From contig NC_135656.1 of the NCBI RefSeq assembly GCF_964188315.1, positions 21,266,001 to 21,330,000 on the forward strand: a DNA stretch of 64,000 nt, in the 5' to 3' direction. The notes under the pieces are model-generated. The model made no database searches, had not been told where the DNA came from, and saw only the letters and a program-made list of their open reading frames with translations. Of this stretch, positions 37,853 through 53,828 are shown piece after piece; within the stretch, counting starts at the first letter, position 1, and each line of letters begins with the position of its first letter. Both the position numbers and the translations under genes were made by a program. Source of the stretch: Podarcis muralis. Lineage: Eukaryota.

Positions 37853-37962
37853 CCTTGTTTTCCTCAAGTTTCTCCTGATCCAGCCTTGTGTCAGTGTTCT
37901 GCTCTCACCACTTATTGTCCAGTTTCTTCCAATAACTTCATCCTCGCCTTTTCCATCTAACT

Positions 37963-38098
37963 CAGGTTTCCTCAACCTCGGCCCTCCAGATGTTTTGAGA
38001 CTACAATTCCCATCATCCCTGACCACTGGCCCTGCTAGCTAAGGATCATGGGAGTTGTAGGCCAAAAACATCTGGAGGGCCGAGGTTGAGGAAGCCTG
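37963..38098. mobile_element. hAT MITE (~136 bp family)
   Basis: Palindromic and related to 18279-18414 and 54313-54447. No TSD match seen. Confidence 0.7.
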
Positions 38099-39184
38099 CA
38101 TTAGGCATTTGTAGTTTGCTTAGCGCTTCCACACTCAAACCCTGAAATAATTGGATCTGATCTCTGCCATAGTGTACACATCCCATCTGACACACATTGT
38201 TTAAAATGGTATCTTTTGTCCAGCTACAGATGAATAGTTCATTTGCATTTATTGGACAAACTTGGAATACTTTAGTTGAAAGCAGTGTCTCAGTGGAAAT
38301 CGGCTAAATGTCAAGGAAAATCTGGACCTATGGCAACTGATGTCAGCAGTGTTATTTTTGCCAATTTTCCTTAAAAAATAGCTTTTAAATTTTTAAAACA
38401 TTTTAAAAACAATATATTTTATTTTTGAATTTTCTATTTTACATTATCAAACAAATTAAATACATAGACATATAATCCCTTTTTGACTTCCTCCCCCCCA
38501 ATGTGGACTTTAATATAATGATTTCCCCCTCTGCACCTCTTTTATAACTCCATTCTCATAAATCCTTTGTCAATCCATAGTTCAAATTTCTATCTACAAG
38601 TTTTATGTCAATCCTACCAATGTACGTAATTGTACAAATGTGATCAGTGGTTGGCCTCCACCTTTCGTCAATGCCTTCATTCCTCAAATTCCCTCCATGA
38701 GAAAGTTAGGCTAAGGATCTGCCCTACATCTCCCAGTGAAGACAGAGGCAAGGTATTCGTTCAGCCCAGGGCTGGTCCAAGACTTTTTGGCACCTGAGCC
38801 CCACCCCAGCCAGGGAAGAAAGAGCGTGTGAAGTGCTACATTAGGAACATGGGAGGAATAAATATATCCACCAGAAAAAGGAGGAGACTAGCAGCATCAA
38901 TGTTTTAAGCATAATCTTCAAATTCTTCTTGAAAACCTGTTTTGTCAACTTGCATTTCTTTTACCAAAGTGTGGGTCTCTTCTCCCCATTTGGATAAAGG
39001 CCTCGACTTCCTAAACAAAGCCTCCTTTCCTCTTATACCTTCTTTGACTGATCATGAACTACATTAGCGTCCTCTGGGCCTTGGTGGTACCTTTCCTGAT
39101 CAGTGGCACACGTTCTGCCTGAACTCCTATTGCATCCCTTCCAACATTTCTCTGATTAAAATAGGAATGTCCTACTCCATAATA

Positions 39185-39721
39185 TGCCTGTTGTCTTTGC
39201 CCATGGAGTTTTCTTGGCAGGGATACTGGAGTGGCTTGCCGGTTCCTCCTCCAGGTGGATCACGTTTGGTCAAAACTCTCCACTATGACCTGTTCATCTT
39301 GGGTGCCCTGCTCGGCATAGTTCATAGCTTCTCTGAGTTATTCAAGCCCCTTCACCACGGCAAGGCAGTGATCCATGAAGGAGAGTCCCATGGACAGCAA
39401 GAAGATCAAACCTCTCAATTCTTAAGGAAATCAGCCCTGAGTGCTCACTGGAAGGACAGATCGTGAAGCTGAGGCTCCAGTATTTTGGCCACCTCATGAG
39501 AAGAGAAGACTCCCTGGAAAAGACCCTGATGTTGGGAAAGATGGAGGGCACAAGGAGAAGGGGACGACAGAGGACGAGATGGTTGGACAGTGTTCTCGAA
39601 GCTACCAGCATGAGTTTGACCAAACTGCGGGAGGCAGTGGAAGACAGGATTGCCTGGCGTGCTCTGGTCCATGGGGTCACAAAGAGTCGGACACAACTAA
39701 ACGACTAAACAACAACAACAT
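39185..39721. mobile_element. BovB insertion with inverted 5'-region segment (39185-39381, -) joined to the 3' end (39382-39721, +)
   Basis: TSD TCCATAATA at 39176-39184 and 39722-39730; (CAA)n tail. Confidence 0.75.
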
Positions 39722-39954
39722 TCCATAATAATAATCATTTTATTACTTGCACCCCTCCCATATGTCTCTGTTGCCCCAGCCACTCTGGGCGGCTTCTAAC
39801 ATACATGAAGCATAATTAATTATTTTAAAACTTCCCTATACAGGGCTGCCTTCAGATGTTTTCTAAAGGTTGTGTAGTTATTTATCTCCTTGGATCAGGG
39901 GTCACATAATTCCATACCCTCTAATATTTATCCGATGCAAATAGGGATGTCCCA

Positions 39955-40277
39955 AGAGCACGGAGCCTTGGGCTTGCCAATCAGAAGGTAGGCGGTTCGA
40001 ATCCCTGTGATGGGGTTAGCTCCCATTGTTTGGTCCCTGCTCCTGCCAACCTAGCAGTTCGAAAGCACATCAAAGTGCAAGTAGATAAATAGGTACCACT
40101 CTGGCGGCAAGGCAAATGGCATTTCCGTGTGCTGCTCTGGTTAGTCATGTTGGCCACATGACCCGGAAGCTGTCTGTGGACAAACGTTGGCTCCTCGGAC
40201 AGTAAAGCAAGATGAGCGCCGCAACCCCCGAGTGGTCCGCGATTGGACCTAACGGTCAGGGGTCCCTTTACCTTTAC
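39955..40277 (+). mobile_element. Sauria SINE, 5'-truncated
   Basis: Consensus match. Confidence 0.8.
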
Positions 40278-40847
40278 GGAAAAATGAGACATTCCAGGAT
40301 CAAATCAGAAACCACTATCCCTGGAAAATAAAGACACATGGAGGGTCTGCTATTGTTGTGGTTATGGAGAAATCTAATGCTCTTGATTTTCCCATTCAGC
40401 TTCCATTTTACTAAACCCCTCATTTTTGTCTAGTCAAATGTGACTTTTATACTTCCTGGGCAATTATCCCCTCATGTATACATTGAGTTGAACAACACTT
40501 GCATCCCACTGACTGCATCCTAGGCCAGAGTCATTTAGGGTAGAAATTTTACTTCTTTGTCATGCCTGGAACACACATCTACCCAATCTCATAGCCTCCA
40601 ACATTTCTCTGATGAAAATCAGGACATCCTATTTAATAATAATATTAATAATAATATCTCACCCATTTGACCAGGTTGCCCCAGCCACTCTGGGTGGCTT
40701 CTAACATATATAAAAAAAACTTTAAACAATAAAAAAAACTTCGCTATACAGGGCTGCCTTCTCCTAAGGGTTGTATAGTTACTGATCTCCTTGGCTTGGG
40801 GGTAGCATAACTCCATACACTCCAACATTTCTCTAATGAAAATAAAG

Positions 40848-41214
40848 TAAAGTAAAGGTAAAGGGACCCCTGACCATTAGGTCCAGTCGTGACCGACACT
40901 GGGGTTGCGGCGCTCATCTCGCTCTATGGGCCGAGGGAGCCGGCGTTTGTCTGTAGACAGCTTCCGGGTCATGTGGCCAGCATGACTAAGCCGCTTCTGG
41001 TGAACCAGAGCAGCACACGGAAATGCCGTTTACCTTCCCGCCGGAGTGGTACCTATTTATCTACTTGCACTTTGTGTGCTTTCGAACTGCTAGGTTGGCA
41101 GGAGCAGGGACTGAGCAACGGGAGCTCACCCCGTTGCGGGAATTCGAACCGCCGACCTTCTGATCGGCAAGTCCTAGGCTCTGTGGTTTAACCCACAGCA
41201 CCACCCGCGTCCCC
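40848..41214 (-). mobile_element. Sauria SINE
   Basis: Consensus match. Confidence 0.85.
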
Positions 41215-41822
41215 TCTAATGAAAATAGGGACGTCTTAAGGAAAAGCCGGACATTACAGGATGAAATCAGAAACCAGGACGGCTTCTGTAAATCCAGGAC
41301 TGTCCCTGGAAAATAGGTTCTGCAGTCTATGTGAAGGAAGGGAAGATGGATGTAAGAAGGAGCAAGCAAAGAGGCAGCTGTTAAAAATATCACCTAACCA
41401 GACATAGCCAACTCCACATAGGGCTAACTGGAGTCCGTCCAATGATGCTTTTGTATTTATGCAGATACAGCTGCAGCAGAAGCTGAAGGAGGCAGCAGTC
41501 ATTAATGTAATCCATTCCGATTCGCCCTTGCTGGAGTATCCTGCTGTCTGGAAGAAACCACTTGGCAGGAGCTTGCTTTCTCATGCAGAGGCGGCTGAAT
41601 TCCGAGCTGCAGACTTAGCAACCCGCACCCATCCCATTTATTCCACTGCTTGTTGGGGCTAGAACAAGCTCTGCAGATTGGAAGCTTACTGGCAAAGGAC
41701 AAAAATGAAGCAGAACTGTTTTGACACTCAGAGGAGTCCTGCAGGCCTCATTCCTAACCTAGAAACTCATTGATGTCAGGGTACTTTTGTAGCAATACAG
41801 GAAAGACTGCTGACACAATCTA

Positions 41823-42072
41823 CAGGGATACCTTGGTTCTCAAACGCCTTGGTACTCAAACAACTTGGAACCCAAACACTGCAAACCCAGAAGTAAGGTT
41901 CCGGTTTGCGAACTTTTTTCGGAAGTCGAACATGCTCCATTTTGAGAGTTACACTTCCAATTTGAGTGCCACACTTCTATTTTGAGTGTTACGCTGAGGT
42001 TTGTCTGTTTTTGCTATTTATTTTGCGGTTTTTGTTTTGTTTTTGTGACTGTGTGGAACCCAGTTCAGCTAC

Positions 42073-42103
<31 letters not shown>

Positions 42104-42329
42104 GTGACTGCAGTACATTGTTTATTGCTTTCATTTTATGGAACAATGGTCTTGTTAGTAAAATTCCTGTTAAATGGCTGTTTTAGGGGTTGTTTTTAAA
42201 AGTCTGGAATGGATTAATCCGTTTTGCATTACTTTCTATGGGAAAGCGCGCCTTGGTTTTGGAATGCTTTGGTTTTGGAAAGGGCTTCTGGAACGGATTA
42301 GGGTAAGTTTGAGAACCAAGGTACCACTT
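41823..42329. mobile_element. pogo/Tigger-like MITE, family D, with internal (GATT)n
   Basis: CAGGGATACCTTGGTTCTCAAAC...GTTTGAGAACCAAGGTACCACT inverted ends. Confidence 0.7.
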
Positions 42330-44142
42330 TACTGAAAAGTACTCAAAAATGAAGGGGTTTCAAAGAGCAGCAATATACGGCTCCAAAAGCACATTTTGGA
42401 AATCCAGGTTTTAATTCCAGCACGATCACGGCATGTAATAAGGACTTGTACTTTCTCATTCTAATATGCAACTTCTGTATGTAGTTAGTCATCTGCTTCT
42501 AAGACAGCCTTCAGAACCGATCTCAGCACATCTTCTTTGTTCCATTTCCCCACTTTTTCTAGTCACCTTTTAGCCATTTTTATTAGATTCGCTTTTCTAG
42601 GGTGGCTGGTGTCTTTATAGCAACAGGGCATAGCCCGGGAGTTAAATACTAGCAACTGAGATTTATCCCCCACCTACTCACCAAGATCAAGTTCTGTATC
42701 TTGTAGCCCTGGCAGGGCTTACTTTGCCAACAGAAAGAGCTTGCGTATGGCTTTATTACCTCCACTGAACAAAACAGGCATGAAAAATAAAACCCATGTG
42801 CTACTCTAGTGGGAGAGGAGATGGCATGTTGCCCATGCACCTCCTTATGAAACAGCCAGGGCCGTCTTACCCATAGGCACTAGGGGTGCGGGGTGTTACG
42901 AAAAAGGAGCAATGCAGCAGCGAGCTGCAGCTGGCTGGAAAGCCAAACAGGATGTTGATGTTTGGGACTGTACCGTGGGAACAAAGGGACAGTCTATTCA
43001 CTGTACTGAGCACCGGATGTTAGCTCAGAGTGTCATCTGGCCTGTACTGGAATTACAGGGGTGGAGTCTCTTTCTCTGCTGTTGGTGTTTGGAGAGTGCA
43101 GAGGTGTTTCTCTGTACTGCTGCAAAGACAGAAATAAAGGCATGTAAAAACATTTCTGTCTGTCTCTTTCCCCTCCCTGGGGGAGGCAGGGAGGAGGGAA
43201 GAGTGGTGTGTTCTTCTCACGTTTGAGGAGGATCGCCGATAGAGACCTCGCCTGTATCCTGCCGGGAGTCGCAGACGGGGAGGTCAACAAGGAGCTCAAG
43301 CCGGGAGCCTGGAGAGTGGCCAATTCCTCTGACAAGGCTTGAAGATTCCAACACGGGGCACCCAGGTGCCAGTCTCTCAGGGGAGTAACCAAACAAACCC
43401 CTGTGTTGCAAAGAGAACATCAGCAATGTCAAGGCAACACAATGACCATATACATATGTAATAGACAATCTTTACAGAATTCCTTCAAACCATAACAAGT
43501 ACAAAATGAAATCTTTAGTCTCAAAGTCTCTGAAATCAATCTTTAAATGAAGCGAGGTGCCAAACTTTGTACGATGAAAGACAAGCTGTGAAGCTTTGTG
43601 TATTCAGCAATGATGATGTCCAACACTGAACAGTGATTCTGGATATTGACTCCTGTTTCGTAGAATTCTTTGTCAGCATGGTTGGAGGATATAGAATTGC
43701 TTCATAAACTGAAAATAAAATTTTACAGACGATCATATTTGCTCCAGTGTGCTCCAGTGGTGAAATGTTAGCACCATCAAAAAGGTGATCAAAATATCAC
43801 AAACCTTACCACCACCCAAATGCTGCAAAACCGGTGTAACTAGATATAATGAGATTCAAATTTGCCCTTTCACAGAAAGTTGTAGCGCCTCCCTCCAATT
43901 TAAAAAAGATTGCAGTGAAGGCCAAGCAATCTGTTTGCAGACCTTCTGGTGCATTTCGTTGCAAAGGCAATGCTTACAAATCCATAAAGTCACATAATGT
44001 AAAGAACGGTCAAGAATATCTATGGGGCTTGTTGCATTGGGGGTGGTCAATCTTAGTAACCAGTCATAAGTTAAGGAGAACGTGGACTAAGGTCAAAGGT
44101 CCATCAGCAAACTCCTATTTCTCTTTGCTAGTCAACATACAG

Positions 44143-44713
44143 TGGGACGCGGGTGGCGCTGTGGGTTAAACCACAGAGCCTAGGACTTGCCAATCATAAG
44201 GTTGGCAGTTCGAATCCCCGCGACGGGGTGAGCTCCCATTGCTCGGGCCCTGCTTCTGCCAACCTAGCAGTTTGAAAGCACGTCAAAGTGCAAGTAGATG
44301 AATAGGTACCGCTCCAGCGGGAAGGTAAACGGTGTTTCCGTGCGCTGCTCTGGTTCGCCAGAAGCGGCTTAGTCATGCTGGCCACATGACCCGGAAGCTG
44401 TACGCTGGCTCCCTTGGCCAATAAAGCGAGATGAGCGCCGCAACCCCAGAGTCGGTCACGACTGGACCTAATGGTCAGGGGTCCCTTTACCTTTACCTTT
44501 ATACGGTGGTACCTCGAGTTAAGTACGTAATTTGTTCCGGAGGCCCATTCTTAAGCTGAAACTGTTCTTAACCTGAAGCACCACTTTAGCTAATGGGGCC
44601 TCCCGCTGCCACTGTGCTGTCGCCGCCCAATTTCTGTCCTCATCCAGAAGCAAAGTTCTTAATCTGAGGTAATATTTCTGGGTTAGCAGAGTCTGTAACC
44701 TGAGGTACCACTG
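44143..44713 (+). mobile_element. Sauria SINE (44143-44500) followed by a family A MITE (44504-44713)
   Basis: Consensus matches. Confidence 0.8.
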
Positions 44714-45179
44714 TAATTTCTTTGATACCATTTTAAAGATGTTACTTTGAAGCAGGCCAGAGGAATCTTGTTGATGCAATGGCCAAGTTTCTCAGTATCA
44801 AATCCGTAAGCAGGAAAGTGGAGTCATGCGCCCCAGCAGGAGAAAAGATTTTGCAACAGAATTGCTAAAGTGCTGCAAATATATAGGTCAGTGCCCTTGC
44901 ACAGCAAATGCCTGTGTTGTCCTGGTGCAAAGACATTCAAGCTTTGCCAACCCTAAGAGCCCGGCCAGTCCAGCTCCACTCATTCAAAAAGCATGTTCTC
45001 AGCTGACATCATCTATAGCAGGACCGAGTCCTACAAACCCTTTATGCAACTCTAAAGCACAGGGCACAGACACATGGTCTCCAATGCTGAATCTTGGACC
45101 CAGGCCTACAACCCAGAAGGACAGGGCACGGTTTGTTCTATAAAGAAAGAAACAAGACTGCTTTCAGCTAAACATTTTG

Positions 45180-45185
45180 TTTAAT
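45180..45185 (-). terminator. Probable polyA signal ATTAAA, copy B
   Basis: Same position relative to the stop as in copy A. Confidence 0.6.
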
Positions 45186-45266
45186 GAGTCTAACACAATG
45201 GGCAGCAGAAGGCATCCAGAAGGAGACAGGAGCGAGAAGTAGAAAACAAACGGATACAAACAGAAA

Positions 45267-46283
<1,017 letters not shown>

Positions 46284-46534
46284 TTAATTCAGCTTGAACA
46301 TAAAGTGAAACCTCCAACAAAACATTGCAGTGGGATGAGTGGGGGGGGGTGTTTCAGGACCCCCCCTTTGCTATTCCATTTCCCCTCTCCCCTTTGATTT
46401 TGCAATTTCTCCTCATTCTAGCATCTAGAATTCTATGGACTCTAAGTACACTCAGTCCTCACTTATTGTGTTGTTTTTATGACATTAACTGCTCTGAGCC
46501 CGGCCTCAGCTGGGGAGGGTGGGATACAAATGAA

Positions 46535-46586
<52 letters not shown>

Positions 46587-46834
46587 GTTTTGGAGGGTCC
46601 CCATTTGTTCTTTTTTTAAAGGGTTTTTTCTATTCCCGAAAAGCTGGCCATTCCATCTTAACACGGCCAGTGCTTTTTCTTGCTACAACTATGCTCACAT
46701 CCGGAACAGAGGAAACAAGAAGGAACGTATTAAAGAAATGTCCTTTCTCCATTTATAATGGGTGTTTTTGCGAAAACGTCTTTCCCGTTGTGTTTAGAAG
46801 CCCCTTCCCCCAGTCTCGCAGGCAGCAGACATCA

Positions 46835-47023
<189 letters not shown>

Positions 47024-47257
47024 TTAAGACCATCTGCCCTTGGGGAATCATATCCGTTGTACACCAGGACAAACACATGTCTAAGGCTTCTGAGGAGATT
47101 TGGGCGGCATGCCCACCATATAGCTAAAGCACATGACTTCTCCCAAGGAATCCTGGGAACTGTAGTTTGTCAAGGGTGCTGGGGATGTTGGCTCTGTGAG
47201 GGGGAAACCACAGTTGCTATGATTCTTGGGGGAGGGGAAGAGAATGGGCTTTAAATA

Positions 47258-48514
<1,257 letters not shown>

Positions 48515-49579
48515 TCAGGGAGGTTTCGGCTGAAGGGCCGGTCACCACTTGACAATTTCCCCACGTGTCAATCAATTACCACCCGTTCCCATGCAAATTC
48601 AAGTTAGCGAAATTAACCGTGACCTGTTCTTAGAAAACATTAACCATTCCCCCCTCCCCTCTGTGGGCAAGGTACGCTTCAGCAGCTTAAACTCATGTGC
48701 AAGTCAACCTGTAACTACTTATGCACCAATTCACAGGGTGACTTTGGGCTGCTAATTGCAGCAGCCTCGTTTATCTTCTACTTCAGAAGTGGAGGCATTT
48801 GACTTGCCTCCAGAATTGCTGAGATGAAAGAGCAGTTCTCACAAAGGCACTAGCCACTGTTTCTGAGCAAATCTTTGCTAGTTAGCTGCTTCGTTACCGG
48901 TAGGGCTGCCATCTTTCTAAAAGTAAAAACCAGGACATCCCAAAGGTTGTTGAGTTTTGGTTTTTTTTTACAAAAACACCAACAGTCTTGCCTAAAATCC
49001 AGGACAAAGCGCCGACCAACATCAATTCCATCTTTGAAATTCCAATAATGTTACAAGTGTAAAATACATTGCAAGTGTCATGTCTTTTGCTACTTGTAAT
49101 GTGGCAGATATTACGGACAAAATGGAGAGATACTGTATAAAATATGGATTATGAAATAATATGCAGTTGAAAAGGTTCTCAATAGGACCCATGGAAGGGA
49201 AGGTGGAAAATTCTAAATATGGATATGTATTTTATATTGTTATAATTCTGTATTTGTAAAACCAAATAAACTTTATTTCAATAAAAGAAGTCCTTATAAT
49301 GTCCTGGGAAAACCAGGCGTACGACAGCCCTGGTTACTAACAGGCTGTTGTGTAATTTTCATGCAACAGAACAGTCTATTCATAAACCCCCATCATTAAG
49401 GAAGTCTTCTTGCCCGTTTAGAATTGAAATGCATGTTATTAGAAATTATGTGCTTACTGATGACTTGTAGAATATTCTGAAGACTTGACAGTACAAAAGC
49501 AAAGGCAGCCACAATTCATTGACTTAGAAACAGGATATGTGAAAAATACACTCCTCTTTTAATAAGTGAGATGTTGATA

Positions 49580-49844
49580 CAGTGGTGCCCCGCAAGACGA
49601 AAAACTCGCTAGACGAAAGAGTTTTCCGTTTTTTGAGGTGCTTCGCAAGACGAATTTCCCTATGGGCTTGCTTCGCAAGACGAAACGTCTTGCGAGTTCT
49701 TGCGAGTTTGTTTCCTTTTTCTTAAAGCCGCTAAGCCGTTAATAGCCGCTAAGCCGCTAATAGCCGTTAAGCCGCTAATAGCCATGCTTCGCAAGACGAA
49801 GAGACTCGCGGAATGGATTAATTTTGTCTTGCGAGGCACCACTG
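49580..49844. mobile_element. pogo/Tigger-like MITE, family C
   Basis: CAGTGGTGCCCCGCAAGACG...GTCTTGCGAGGCACCACTG, TA flanks. Confidence 0.8.
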
Positions 49845-50278
49845 TATTTGGAGTTCTTTTCAGTAGGGTTGCCATATTTCAAAAAAGAGCTTTTTCTTTC
49901 TTTCTTTTTTGGAACCCCCCGAAGTTGTTGAGCTTTTCCCCCCAAGATCCAGGACAAAGCACCACATTTTGGAAATTCTCCCTGGAAATATGGCAGCCCT
50001 ATTTTGAGAAGAGTTAAGTTCTCACTTTATGCTTCTGTTTGACCATTGGTAACAGATACATGTCTTATGACAGCTTTTTCAGCTAACAGCATCTGCCCAT
50101 CTGAAGAGCACTCAAAATGGAATTCCTGCAGCTTCAACGGATATGCCTGGCCTTTCACCTTTGAAACAGGAAGACTTCCCCATCTCCACAAACATTCCAG
50201 ATTAGAATGTTGTCCCTTTCTTGGTGCCTGAATAGCAGTCTACTGGATGAGCAATATTAGCAGTGCTCATTCCAAGTA

Positions 50279-50520
50279 CAGTAGTACCTCGGGTTACATA
50301 CGCTTCAGGTTACATACGCTTCAGGTTACAGACTCTGCTAACCCAGAAATAGTACCTCAGGTTAAGAACTTTGCTTCAGGATGAGAACAGAAATCGTGTT
50401 CCGGTGGTGTGGCGGCTGCAGGAGGCCCCATTAGCTAAAGTAGTGCTTCAGGTTAAGAACAGTTTCAGGTTAAGAACAGACCTCCAGAACGAATGAAGTA
50501 CTTAACCCGAGGTACCACTG
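50279..50520. mobile_element. Family A MITE
   Basis: TIRs and TA flanks. Confidence 0.8.
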
Positions 50521-50576
50521 TATTCTTTAATCCTCAAATCTGGAGTTCTTCACCATACAGACTCATAGTATAACTA

Positions 50577-50923
50577 CAGTGGTACCTCGCAAGACGAATG
50601 CCTCGCAAGACGGAAAACTTGCAAGATGAAAGGGTTTTTGGTTTTTTTAGTTGCTTCGCAAGACGATTTTCCCTATGGGCTTGCTTCGCAAGACGGAAAC
50701 GCCTTGCAAGTTTGTTTCCTTTTTCTTAAAACCGTTAATACAGTTGCGACTTGGCTTCGAGGAGCAACTCATAGCAGGCGGTGTGGTAGTGAGGTTTTTG
50801 AAGACTTTGGTGATTTTTGAAGCTTTTCCAAAACTTTTCCGAAACCGTGCTTCACAAGACGAAAAAATCGCAAGACGAAAAAACTCGTGGAACGAATTAA
50901 TTTCGTCTTGCGAGGCACCACTG
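50577..50923. mobile_element. Family C MITE
   Basis: CAGTGGTACCTCGCAAGACG...CGTCTTGCGAGGCACCACTG, TA flanks. Confidence 0.8.
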
Positions 50924-51601
50924 TAGTCAGAGGAATTGGTTAGGGTGAATTTCATTTCTGAAGGCCATTTTGAAGTCATTAATCCTATTTAGAGGTTTAA
51001 ATGGGCAGCACAACTTCAATGAGCTCAGCAGTTTCTAAAAAAATTTTTTAGCAAAATGTATCTTACCACTTGACTTTTAAAAGAAACGCATCAAATTGGT
51101 TCATAGAACCTCAAAGCAGTTTACACAGCTGGCCTTTGTGGTTAGGGGTAGGTATGCCCCAATTAATCCTATATTTGGTCTTTCAAGGGAAAGGTACAAA
51201 CCTCAAGACGACCAGCAGTAAAGTTTTTGCAACAGATTGTTTAAAAGAAAAAGAACTTATCAGAGGCATTCCGTGCTTTTGCTGAAGACAAGAATTTCAA
51301 GGCTATACTAACCCTTATACTGGAATCCTTCTCGCTTAATAATCCCATGTAAATATGCACAAGATGGCAGTTTTAACTCCAGAGGAATGCAGTGGACGTC
51401 ATTCAAGGAGACATTGAGTAGGATTGTGTAGCCAGTGTGAGAAACAAGACGGATAGGTCAGAGGAAATTCAACTATGGTAGCAATTTGTGAATTGTTCAT
51501 GCAAAGCAGAACATGTTTTGCATTCTGTCCTTGTTTGAAGACAATGTGCCTTTATTTCCCGGCCTTAAAAGCTTAGAAGGTTCATAAGTAATGTTCTAGC
51601 C

Positions 51602-51850
51602 CATGGGTAGCCAAATTAAGGCCCAGGGGCCGGATCCGGCCCAATCACCTTCTAAATCCGGCCCGGGGATGGTCCGGGAATCAACGTGTTTTTACTTGAG
51701 TAGAATGTGTGCTTTTATTTAAAATGCATCTCTGGGTTATTTGTGGAGTATAGGAATTTGTTCTTTTCTCCCCCAAAATATAGTCCAGCCCCCCACAAGG
51801 TCTGAGGGACAGTGGACCGGCCCCCTGCTGAAAATGTTTGCTGGCCCCTG
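51602..51850. mobile_element. hAT (Charlie-type) MITE
   Basis: 8-bp TSD TTCTAGCC at 51594-51601 and 51851-51858. Confidence 0.85.
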
Positions 51851-51862
51851 TTCTAGCCAGTA

Positions 51863-52692
51863 CAGTGGTACCTCAGGTTAAGTACTTAATTCATTCCAGA
51901 GGTCCATTCTTAACCTGAAACTGTTCTTAACCTGAAGCACCGCTTTAGCTAATGGGGCCTCCTGCTGCTGCCGCGCCGCCGGAGCACGATTTCTGTTCTC
52001 ATCCTGAAGCAAAGTGTCTGTAACCTGAGGTACCACTGTAAGAGTTCCAGTTAGCAAACTTTGCCATGGAAGCCGAACAGTGGAAGGGCACCGGTGGCAG
52101 GACGCCTCAGTAGGGAAAGCGCGCCTCAGTTTAAGAATGCTTTGGTTTAAGAATGGACTTCCGGAACGGGTTAGGTTCATCAACTGAGGTACCACTGTAT
52201 TAGGCTTCATGCTTCCAAGTACTGCTTGTTCACTTTACTAGTCTTTTCCAGAAGGAAATGCCTACTAAATGGAAGCTTGATATATAAATGCAAACATCTT
52301 GTTCCTCCTTAAGCAGCACCAGCCTAGTTGAAGAATATCGGGCAGGGAGACAGATTATAATGGGCAGAGTACCTTCAATAAGTACAGACTCTCCATATGC
52401 ATTACAGTGGTACCTCAGGTTACATACGCTTCAGCTTACAGACTCCGCTAACCCAGAAATAGTACCTTGGGTTAAGAACTTTGCTTCAGGATGAGAACAG
52501 AAATCGGGCGGCGGCAGCAGGAGGCTCCATTAGCTAAAGTGGTGTTTCAGGTTAAGAACAGTTTCAGGTTAAGAACAGACCTCCAGAATGAATTAAGTTT
52601 GTAACCAGAGGTACCACTGTACTTCCGGTTTTGCAGAGTTCGTTTACCCAATAGTTCGTGAACAGGGCTGTTCGTAGACCGTGGTACCACTG
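51863..52692. mobile_element. Cluster of pogo/Tigger-like MITEs (51863-52038, 52405-52619, and orphan right ends near 52197 and 52691)
   Basis: Repeated GGTACCACTG-TA termini. Confidence 0.7.
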
Positions 52693-52844
52693 TATACAGT
52701 TGCAACTGTCTTGCCCCTTCTTAAACACTACTACTTGAAGAATATGCAGACACAGAGATGAATGAACAAGTGACTGTCCTGGTCAAAGAGTACACTGCAA
52801 TGTCTCCAGGTAGAATTATGTTTACAAGACTCCTATGGTGGTTA

Positions 52845-53172
52845 AACTACAGAGCCTATGGCTTGCCGATCAGAAGGTTGGCGGTTCGAATCCCCACGAC
52901 GGGGTGAGCTCCCATTGCTTGGTCCCTGCTCCTGCCAACCTAGCAGTTCGAAAGCACGTCAAAGTGCAAGTAGATAAATAGGTACTGCTCCGGCGGGAAG
53001 GTAAACGGCGTTTCTGTGTGCTGCTCTGGTTCGCCAGAAGCGGCTTAGTCATGTTGGCCACATGACCCGGAAGCTGTACGCCAGCTCCCTTGGCCAATAA
53101 AGCAAGATGAGCGCCGCAACCCCAGAGTCCGCGACTGGACCTAATGGTCAGGGGTCCCTTTACCTTTACCTT
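52845..53172 (+). mobile_element. Sauria SINE
   Basis: Consensus match. Confidence 0.85.
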
Positions 53173-53467
53173 TATAAGATAAGAAGCCAAAGATAAAGGG
53201 GTATGGACAGCACAAAGTAACAGGGGCAAAAACAAACAAAAAAAACAACACTAACAAGGGGGTGTGGCTGCAGGTCATCAGTCAGCAATGGAGATTTGGA
53301 AGCTGGTGATTTTTGGAAACCAGCGTGGACCGCGGAGAGGAAGATGAGAAGCAAATTGTACACTGTTTTGGACTAGCTCACCACACCTTAAGGGCTCCGA
53401 TTTCCAAGACTTATTTCCTCAAGTGCAGCACCAGGAAGTCTCTTTAGACATTTCTACAGTGCTTGAA

Positions 53468-53828
53468 GGGACACAGGTGGCGCTGTGGGTTAAACCACGG
53501 AGCCTAGGACTTGCCGATCAGAAGGTCAGCGGTTTGAATCCCCGCGACGGGGTGAGCTCCCATTGCTCCGTCCCTGCTCCTGCCAACCTAGCAGTTCGAA
53601 AGCACATCAAAGTGCAAATAGATAAATAGGTACCACTCTGGTGGGAAGTTAAACGGCGTTTCCATGTACTGCTCTGGTTCGCCAGAAGCAGCTTAGTCAT
53701 GCTGGCCACATACCCGGAAGCTGTCTGCGGACAAACACCGGCTCAATCAGCCAGTAAAGCGAGATGAGCGCCGCAACCCCAGAGTCGAACGCGACTGGAC
53801 TTAACGGTCAGGGGTCCCTTTACCTTTA
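53468..53828 (+). mobile_element. Sauria SINE
   Basis: Consensus match. Confidence 0.85.

Noticed and set aside
42894-43728. Possible solo LTR (TGTTAC...TTTACA)
   Set aside because: No TSD, no second copy and no PBS/PPT that I could identify.
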